Shown here: positions 10,946 to 20,000 of the stretch, one piece after another
Numbering within the stretch: the stretch's first letter is position 1
How the letters are laid out: every line of letters starts with the position of its first letter
From: Catajapyx aquilonaris
Taxonomy: Eukaryota
Assembly: GCA_000934665.2 (NCBI GenBank)
Contig: KZ538425.1
Span: forward strand, 51,811-71,810
Length of the DNA: 20,000 nt
Direction of reading: 5' to 3'
Position numbers and translations under genes: made by a program
Notes under the pieces: model-generated
What the model saw: only the letters and a program-made list of their open reading frames with translations
What the model was told of the DNA's origin: nothing
Databases searched by the model: none

Positions 10946-13900
10946 GGGGGGGGGGGGGAACGAAAATTCCCTTTTGTTGACTTCTTTGTTGGGGCTCCCC
11001 CCCAAATTGCGGTGACTCGCGCATGTGCCTGGAGCCAGCATCCCGACACCAACCTGATTACACGGGGATTAACCTAATCGACCAATCCGGTGGTTGGATG
11101 ATGGTCGCCACTGCGCCCTACATCAAAATTCGGGAGGTCCTCTCAACCTGTTGGGATGGGGCTAATTCCACCTCTTCTTTTTTTCCATTCAGGTGTATTG
11201 TGTCAACGCTTGATCCGGTTCGGATGTGAGGCATCGAGTACGGAGCAGTCAGAAGAGCATGGCTTGGTCCAGACCAGTGGTCCAGGAAACAAGCAATTCT
11301 CACTTCGGTACATGACCCCTCAAACCACCAACCTCGCTCGGACCGGGCCCAGCAGCCTATAATTTTGGCGCCCTCCGCGACCAAACCAACTGTATTGACC
11401 CAACAAGCGGCCTTTATCTAGCTTTTATGGTAGGCTCGTCCATAGACGATCCCAGGCACTCATTTTGCCTCCCCCCTCCCCTACCAAACACGACCCTCTA
11501 TTATTTACACCCACGTTATCACTTTCGCCTGCAATTAACATAAACTAGGCCAAGCAACGAATAGTGGAGAGCACTATCTCAATGCCTGAATGACCTCTTC
11601 CACTTGCCTCTCTTTCATTACAAAGCTCACATTCATCCACACCCAGTCAGATACGGATCTGGTGTGCGGGAGGGATTCCCTAAGGACCGGCAGAAAAGGC
11701 CCGGGAATTCCGGCACACACATACACCAGCCGTGTTGCTAAAACCAGAGGCATCAGAGATACCTTTTTTTTGTGTGTGTATGTGTGTGAGAATCGCAGCT
11801 TTTGTATACGGCCTGTGACTGAGCTGAAACGATGTATTATGCCGGACCGATTATTGCATCAAAAGGTCGGGGACTGTAATTTTATGAGGTACTTGCAGCT
11901 TAAATGCGTTCTGACAATGTCGCCTATATATACTGCACGGAAAAGGGGGTGTCGTAAATACCGAATAAAAAATGTTCAGATCGCAGAAATTGGCGAATTT
12001 AACTTATATAATTATTACGTGATTAGACATGAAACTTATGCTGCGTCAATACACAAAAAAGGAAAATCATGCCGCAAAATTAGTGACGATAATTCCACAT
12101 TTTAGGCATATATCATCATCAAATCACAGCATTTTTGCATTGTTTGTGGTTGGCCTGTTATTACACAGCGAGGGTTCAATTGTGATATATTGAAAATTCT
12201 AGGGGTGCGGCGCTAATTTGCGAAAGTTACAATGTCAACTCATTTTGTTTACTCCATGAATATTTTCCAGTGATGAGCAACCTGTTCAATCGCAAATTGA
12301 GTTGGTAGGCAAATGTATATAAAAGCCGAAAATCCTATCGGCAAAATTTACTTTTCAACAATTTGGGGGTGGGTTGCCCAACTAAATCCGCGCAAACACT
12401 CTATTAGTTTTATAATTACCCCACACCATATCCATTATAGCCAACGCAGCTGCAAAGTAATTCCCCCCACATAAAATTCAGGCACTGCGGATGAAGCATG
12501 GCCGGACTAAAACTCAAGTGATGAATCACCGTTCAAAATGAAGAAGCGGCCATAAGTAGATATTAAAAAAAGAGAGTCCAAGATAACCGCTCCTTTTTTT
12601 ATTATTTTTAAAAGACAATTTTTTATTCTCCGCCTTCCCCCGCGCAATGTTCCGCAAAAAAAGAGAGAGTGACAAAAATTCGGCAAATAGTCCATTCATA
12701 TTAAAGTCTCCGCCCAAGATAAGAGATATCTCTTTTTCTCGTGCTGATAATTATTAATGACTAGGGCCCTAGCAGTGGCGCCAGATAACAGACGCCTCTT
12801 CCCCCGCCTCCCCATTACGCATCCTCGTAAAGCCCCGGCCCAAGTCGGCCTCGATTTACATGATTCTATAAGCCGCGCCTTTCCCCCCTATTTACTTGAT
12901 TCTACACGAGCTCCAGATAAGACTAATGGCGAATGGAAGGGTAGGGGCAGAGAGAGAGAGAGAGAGAGGGACGGGGTGTTTAATATTTATTTTGGGTCGT
13001 GTGCCGGGCCCTGGCTGCGGGTTTCTAGGCTTCAAACGTGGGATTTTGGTGGGGGGTTGATGGTGGTAGCTTAGCTACTAGGAAGAGGAAGCCAAGATCT
13101 TTTTCGACTCCCAAGGGTTTCCTCTCAACAGCCCCCTGGTCACGTTTCCTCCTTTTTTTCTCGTGGGTGGTTCAAACCCAAGCCCCACTGCACTGGCCTC
13201 TCTTTCCCTTCTCGGTTTTGTCAATTAGAGGCAGCCTACTTTGGCGCCCTTTCCACTCGGAGACAATGCCACTCAAAGCTGTGGTCATCAGGGAAGATGG
13301 CTTCCCCTCACAAGGTCTTTTCCTCCGAATCGCCTCTTGGCAATAACGCTGAATTCGGGGAGGGCCAACTAAGATAAGTCCGGCGCACTTGCAAACCAGA
13401 GTCGAGGAAGCACAAGTGCTCGTTCGCAGCCAAGTTGAAAAGGCTCGCTAACTTGGGTCAAAAAAAAGACACGCCGCAGTGTACCAACTACTCCTTCAAT
13501 TTAGCAAAAAATATTTCAGTTAGTTCATTATTAAAATTAAGGTTCATGTTGTCAAAAGTGTGATCAACTCAACGCTAAATTCATATTTCCACCTTTGATC
13601 CATCTTGGGCAATGTCACCTGAGCTGTGAAATGGCTCACTAAATCTGAAATTCATATTGTTTTGATGTGTTCGACCGGAAGAAGACAGCCTGGTTTTTAT
13701 AACGACCGACTCATAACTCATTTGCGTTGAATTTCAAGCACTCGAAACAATTTGGAAGGTAAGGTCCTCTCAGAAACATCTACTCCAACAGTATGTTCAT
13801 ATGTCACGTTCCATCATTATATTCAAGCACCGACTCATGTGCAACATGCATCAGTTTCAGCCCCCATATTTTATAGACATGCTTTGTCCATCTCTGCACC

Positions 13901-15836
13901 AAACCTTCGCATCATCCATCATACAAACTTTGGATCATCATCTCTCCCCACCAAAAAAAAACAACAAACCAGCCTCATTTCGACACCTTTTCCGTGCTCC
14001 ATCGCCATTTCCCCCAGAAATGATACATATGTCCAACAAGGCCGACAGATTGTGTCAACGTCACCCAGCCAGCAGCACAACAGTGGCCATCAAAACACAC
14101 TGAAGGTTTTCCTCCCCCATACATTGACCCCCCACACGCATTATACACCCCCACCAAGGCTTTTGTGCCAGCATAGAGGGGAGTCACCCCATCAATGTTC
14201 TGGACCTGGGCACCTGTTCATCCCGATGGGCTTTTGGGAGGGGGTGAACAGATGGTGGTGGCCAGAGAGGGCGGAGGCTTAGAGGGAAAGGGACCTTCAA
14301 GCCTGTTTAATGGCTCATGGCAGCCCCTCGCTCCAATAGAAGGGTTGGAGAGAGACAGGTCAGGACACTTAATTATTGCGCCGAGTCTGACATCAATACT
14401 CTCCCGATTTTTTTTAAAACGAAAATGTGGAAGAGCGCCGCTTGTCATTCCGGTCGGAGAAATTCGGCACGACGCCATGTAAGAATTTTGGGGTCGACGT
14501 CGTTAGCGATTGGTGGAGGAAGTGAGGAGGGGGAAAGGGAAGAAACCTGCTATTCAAGAGGCAATTATTCGGGAGGGGCAATCCCTAGAGGGCGCGTCTC
14601 CACGTCAGGAATTCGCTATGGCTGCCAAGACTGCTAAGTGTGAATTTTAAAATCCGCTTGGAACCTTTTCCCTTCACCTTATTTCCGGAAGAAAAGAAAA
14701 AAAAATATCCCCCCCTATTTTCACGCGGGAAAGCAAAAATAAGTTTGTTGACGTTGTCACCAAATTGGCGGAAACCCTGAGGTGGCATGCTATTGCGGTG
14801 AAATTACTGTGGGCGCAACTATTAGTTCATATATAAACCCATAAGTTATATACATGAAAATGCACACAAAACCGTTGTGTTTACCTCTTTCCTCTTGCTG
14901 CTCTTTTTTCCCTTCCTCCCCCGCTCTTTTTCTCTCTCTTTATATGCTCTGCGTTCGAGTCACGACAACAGGGCGGTACAACACATTGAGTGCTAATTCC
15001 ATTTGTTCTCGTTGCCAGTAAATGTAATTACATTATCTCTGAGGCGAACGTTTTTCTTCCTCGTCGGGGGCCGCCTCCCCCCAAGAAAAAGACCCGCGGT
15101 TTTCCAAGGGGAGAAAAAGGTTGCCGAGGAAAAGAGGGAGAGAAAAAGATGCTGCCCTATATATACTTTTCGCTTTTCTGATCTTATACATGCTGCTGCT
15201 CTCTCTCTCTCTCTCTGAAAACCCCTCCCAGCCTCCCACTTTTTAGCGGAGGGAAAAGTGGTGGGAGGGGAGGTGATTATTAGAAAGTCTACTTTGAAGT
15301 CTGCGCTCATTTATACGCGGGTGAATTTAATTCCTTCCGCCGGCTGCTTCCAGGAGAAAAGCAGCAGCTGCTTTGTAAACTATTATTTTATTAACTTGCG
15401 AGGTGGATTTTGACGGTCTTTGAGAGCTGGAGAAAGGTTAACGCCTAATTATTGTTGAATGTCGGAAACAATGAAGGAGGGGGCTATTAACGCAAATTTT
15501 TGATGCAGTTCGTTTTTTTTAAAAAAATGACATTTTGTGGCCCATCGTGCGCAAAATATTGTGGTATATCGGCGGATAGATTTAGTTGAAACCACATATT
15601 TTCGCATAAATTTTGGGTCCTTTCTATTCCGATGATTCTCATTTGGCGTTAGATGGGCGAGGAAATGTAAACATCCTGTGATATACCCTGTGTGGTCCCC
15701 TCCATGTCCCCAGTCTCCCTCAGCCTCTCACTTAGAAACATGCAGAACCACACAATCCCAGTCGTCCAGGACACAATTATTCCATTACCCCTAATGGTGA
15801 CTTACGAGTATAAGCTTTATGAATAAATGGGTTTAC

Positions 15837-15892
15837 CTGCTTAGTGACGGAATCGATGAGACGAACGTAGATATCTTGCTCCTGCCGGACAC
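15837..15892 (-). CDS. EBF: COE/EBF coding exon (equivalent to vertebrate EBF exon 4), DNA-binding domain: (G)VRQEQDIYVRLIDSVTKQ
   Basis: Minus strand reads ...tgtctcttttggcttttttgcag|GT GTC CGG CAG GAG CAA GAT ATC TAC GTT CGT CTC ATC GAT TCC GTC ACT AAG CAG|gtaaac. 56 nt, phase 1 in, phase 0 out. The peptide matches the COE motif EQDxYVRLIDSxTKQ. Confidence 0.96.
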
Positions 15893-17881
15893 CTGCAAAA
15901 AAGCCAAAAGAGACAAACTATATACTTTTTGTACTCCAAAACAGCAGGATCAATTTCAGGTTGTTTGACTCCGCATATTTTAACTTCGGACCTGATAATC
16001 CGATGCCGCAGACGGCTAAAAGAAGCGTGACCGTTGCAATTAAGTTATCGATCAGAGGCAAACACACACACGCACAAAGGACTGAACAGCTTAACCAGGG
16101 CAAGAAGTGAGCACACAAGTCCTTCAATCAGATAGATCAAGTAGAAAATTGTTACCTGCATTTTCATATACACTTGTAGGACTCGTACATAATACATGCG
16201 AATTTAATGCAATTTGTTTCACTATAGGAGACATAATGTTGACATCCGGAGGCAGAAAAAAATGAGTTTTCAAAGGGAGAGAAAAAAAATTCTGGAATTG
16301 AGATCAAATGTTTTGGAATTATCATACATTAATATGCATGAGAATGTAAAGAAATGGGGAAATCTACAAACTTTTTTCCCCCCTTTTCTCTTGTTTCCAT
16401 TCTTAAATACACATCATGAATGATGTAGCTCATTAAAATTAAAAGTCCAACTTGGATCGTGGTATATATACACATTACAAAATTTTAAAAATTCCTGCAG
16501 AGCCTGCTGCTTAACTTGTAGCCTAAATGTTGCTATTTTTGTTATTCATTGAAAACAGAAAATGCATGGTGTTTACACATACAGTACTTCAATCATTTAT
16601 CGGTGTGCTTAATAATGCAAATGCAGTTAAACCAGTAGCATTCCTGTACAGCTGTATTCTTATGCCCCGTACATTTTTATTTGGTGGTCTTGTAAATACA
16701 CTGTACATTTCATAAATATGAAGCTGTTATATAGACCTACCTACACTGTACTGTTGGTAATCTATACCCCACAGCTATTACTGTAAGTGTTCAGGACTCA
16801 TCTGAAAGTGCTGATAAGTCCGTGGTTAATAATAAATGACACGAAGATCGGAAAGGGTATATTATCCCTGAAGCGAACACAATTTATATACCGCAGGTAC
16901 TAAATCACACTGTACAGTACATACTTACGGTATATTTCATGCGGGCAGTGAGCAAAATAATCATTATACTTGTACAGGCCACCCTATGTCACATTTCATT
17001 ATTGTGAGTACTGTTACTGCTCACACCTGTCACACATGCTCAAATAAACTGTTATGTTTGGAAAACTTCAAACACTGCCATATGCTGTGTAATAAAAGGC
17101 ACTGGTAGGTAGCAACCCAGTATACTTTCATGAATGAAATTTCCATTGAAGTTATTTCTGTGAAGGAAACCCGTGGTTGTAAATTATTTCTCTTTTCTCT
17201 GGTTACGTTCCCAAGGCCAACCTAATTAAATTTTTACAAATATAGGCGAAAATGCACACTCGCAAGCATGGTGCTTGCAGTGGCCCAGATTTCATTCACA
17301 CCCACACGAAAGCTGGACAGAGAAAGCTGAAGGACATTTCCTGCTTGACAAATTATCAAACTGTATACACCATCATGATCAATAGTTTAAAAAAAATGCG
17401 TAGCAAAACAGCCTTCAAATTTTTTTAAAACCGTCGCAAACCCCACTTTGGACAACTTGACTAAATATTTGTGCTCCCTACAAAAAAAAAAACCGTGCGA
17501 TATTTCGATTTTTTTTTTACTAATCCACACCCCGGGACGCAATTAGACCCACCCAACTCTTTGAGCACCTAGTGGCAAAAATACCTCTACACGTCTCCTA
17601 TAAGCATATACACCCTCTCTCTACCTCTCTCTCTCTCTACCATACCTATTTTGGTGGTCGTCACAAAATATTTGCACAACCCTCCCCCACATGGGAATAT
17701 TCCGACTTTGGCCTCTTTTAATTAGCCAATCGGCCGGCTTGGGGGGGGGGGGGGGAAGAGGTGAGGCGACATTTAACCCTCCCCTTTTCCTGCACCTTTT
17801 TTTTTCCTCCCCAAGCTTTTCCCAGGCCATATCCCCCATTCCTAGTCTACTCTATGTCCTATCCTCTATCCCATTTACAAG

Positions 17882-17955
17882 TGGGAGAGAGAAAGAGAGA
17901 GATGTTAAAAAAGAAGGGGGGAAAGGAAGAGGGAGAGAGAGAGAGGGAAAAAAAC
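17882..17955. repeat. Purine-rich (GA)n low-complexity tract
   Basis: gggagagagaaagagagagatgttaaaaaagaaggggggaaaggaagagggagagagagagagggaaaaaaa. Confidence 0.7.
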
Positions 17956-20000
17956 ATGGCACACGCCAGGGGAAAGAGCGTTGCTTGCGAATTGGCTTTG
18001 GCTCCTCGGAGACCAGTTTGCAACTTATTTTATTACAAATAACGGTTTCCCTTGTGGTTTCCCACCGTATGCTGGGAAATGAGATAAATAAAGAGGGCTC
18101 TTTTCCGGGGGCCCGGAGCGAGGCGAGTGTGGAGCGTAATTTTTATTAGCGACAGACTCTCTTCTCCTTTTCTCCGGGCCACTATATATATACGCCAAGT
18201 TCTTACACTTTTCGGCGGAAAAAAGCACAAAAAATAAACAAAAGCGGTTGCACTTTGCCACCGTTCTTGCATCCTGTCAGTCAATATCAGTTTTAAACTC
18301 GGCTTAAAATGGACCACCCTGTACAATCATTGTACGCTCAACATGGCATTGCAGCAATTGGCCAAAAAAAATATAGGGAAAGAATGGCCTGTACCATCAT
18401 AATATTTCAAAGAAAACATCCAGTCAGTCACTCGTGTGGTCGGTTACCATGTTGAAACTGTTTGAATCTGGCTGTTATCGTCCCTGCGAGGTTAACATAA
18501 ATCGTCGCAAATTGTTGACATGGGATTGGCCGAATGATTGACTGTAATTATCTGTCGATGAATCGGTCAATGAAACCATTTGGGAGCATCGCTGTACAGT
18601 CATTTCGCGGGGCATAGAGAAAACAATTCCTGGCATTTTGCACCATATCTAATGCAATTATTTTTAGGCGCCAACTTTTGTGTTTTATATATTGATTATG
18701 TGCAAGTTGTAGTCCATATAGCTTGTGGTTAAGTACATAATTAATTATATTTAAGGAGGGCGGCCTGGCATAGCTATGCGTCCTATGTGTGGTTAAGTAC
18801 AGGATGAATCTCATTAAACAAATGCAATTGAGATGTTCAGTTCAGTTTGTTTTTTTTAAATTTGCACCAAGCTGCATTTAGAGAATTTAAATATTATGTG
18901 CGAACAAATTCATTGCATCAATTCCAGGCTGAACAAATGTTTCTACTTAATCTAATAATTTTCTGAAAATTGCCGATCAAAAAGTAGCCTAACTGCTTCA
19001 TAATTGCAAACTATATAGAGACACCAAAAATGTAGAACATATGCCTTCATGCCTCATGTGAAGTTGCAATCTTTGAAAATACGGTTTGTCCACAAGTAAC
19101 AATGTTCGGTTACAAAATGCGCTCTTAATTCCGTCCTAAATATTCTCACCGTGTCCATAATAATTCCATTCAAAATGGCACGCTTTGAATATTCAAAACC
19201 CGGACAACCCTCCTCCTCCTCCTCCATTCACCTTCCTTCCATGAAATAGACGGGTGGCAATTTTCATCCTCTTGCCATCGAGATGAAACTTTATCAGCAT
19301 TTCTCTCCCCCCCTCCCCCCCTCCCTCCTTCTCCTCCCCACTTCCAATCTGCATGACTTCTGCCTTCCCCCCCCCCTCCTTCAACTCTGCATATATCCCT
19401 TTTCTGTCCCCAAGAGACACCCTCCGAGAAAATGCGTTCAGGTTCAGCACCGGCAGTAAATAAGTAAATTGGACTGATTTGATAGTCTTCTAAGAAATTA
19501 CCTCTACGAACCTCGTAATTGAACTTTCATTACAGGAATCATCGTTTTGTAGCAAGGGGCGACTTAAGGCTGTGAAGCACTCAGGGAATAACAACGTATC
19601 GCTCCTGAGTGGGGAGGGATTAGTTTGTTTTCCAAATGAAATGATAGGTCGTAAAATCAGGGGGAAAAGGAACAACATTTTAAAAGGGGAAAAAAAGAGG
19701 AGGCTAGATCCACGGGGAGGGGGAAAAAAAATCTAACCTAATGATAAAAATGTGCCATGTTCTGGAAATGCAGTTAACGCAAAATTTGATGGCGGATTCA
19801 TGGCTCTAGATTTTGGAGGGAGGTATAACTCAAAAAGTCCCTGGCCAGGCCGCAGTGGTTGGCAAGGAAAGCCGTGGCATTTTGGCAGACAATACGGATC
19901 CTGTGGGCCGTTAAATTAGTCGGCTCCGATTGTCAGGAAAGACCAGCCCCCCCTCCCCCTCCCTCCCAACAACCTCTCTTTTCCTAAAAACCCACCCTCC

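Larger units (their letters stand above)
1..20000 (-). other. EBF: Partial (internal) span of a Collier/Olf-1/EBF (COE) transcription factor gene; extends beyond both window ends
   Basis: Three GT-AG-bounded minus-strand exons splice in frame into the COE DNA-binding domain. Introns are 10124-15836 (5713 nt) and 5681-10049 (4369 nt). The upstream exon (NGIHYRLQLLY-type) and downstream exon (FFLKFFLKCNQNC-type) were not found by eye in the window. Confidence 0.93.

Noticed and set aside
505..12992. AATATTTATTT following a GA tract at both 505-515 and 12982-12992
   Set aside because: An AT-rich 11-mer with dissimilar wider flanks; compatible with chance or an isolated Fox-type site, not a dispersed repeat.
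15684..15691. TACCCTGT, the 5' end of miR-10 family microRNAs
   Set aside because: The match ends after 8 nt (continues GTGGTCCCC, not AGATCCGAATTTG) and no precursor hairpin is evident.
1498..17580. CTCF-like words near 1500, 3290, 13130 and 17565
   Set aside because: Each has mismatches in the core and cannot be told from chance in C/G-run-rich sequence without a matrix scan.
19148..19190. Minus-strand CACG|GTGAGA donor preceded by an NGI-coding stretch, considered as COE exon 3
   Set aside because: It translates as NGIIMDT rather than the conserved NGIHYRLQLLY-type sequence. Exon 3 appears to lie beyond the window.
19443..19451. TTCAGCACC, left half of a REST/NRSF RE1 site
   Set aside because: The right half GGACAG is absent at the expected spacing.
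64..19678. All other ORFs in the supplied track (60-176 aa)
   Set aside because: None resembles a known protein. Many are driven by GA/CT/G-run repeats or read through the N gap, and all lie in COE introns.

Overview
Eukaryotic (metazoan) genomic DNA, probably invertebrate because CpG is not generally depleted; an amphioxus-type genome is a guess only. About 99% of the window is intronic. It lies inside a Collier/Olf-1/EBF (COE) transcription-factor gene on the minus strand. Three short internal coding exons, all missed by the ORF track, were found by reading splice sites: 15837-15892 (56 nt), 10050-10123 (74 nt) and 5612-5680 (69 nt). They splice in frame to (G)[65 protein letters not shown](R), the COE DNA-binding domain including the H-X3-C-X2-C-X5-C zinc knuckle. 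Exon sizes and phases match my recollection of vertebrate EBF exons 4-6. The flanking exons were not found in the window. The introns contain canonical EBF-binding palindromes (possible autoregulation), motif-dense enhancer-like blocks, a competing GTAAGT donor that would make a frameshifted NMD isoform, (CT)/(GA) microsatellites, poly-G tracts and a 187-N assembly gap that looks artefactual. No RNA genes, CRISPR arrays or recognisable mobile elements were seen.
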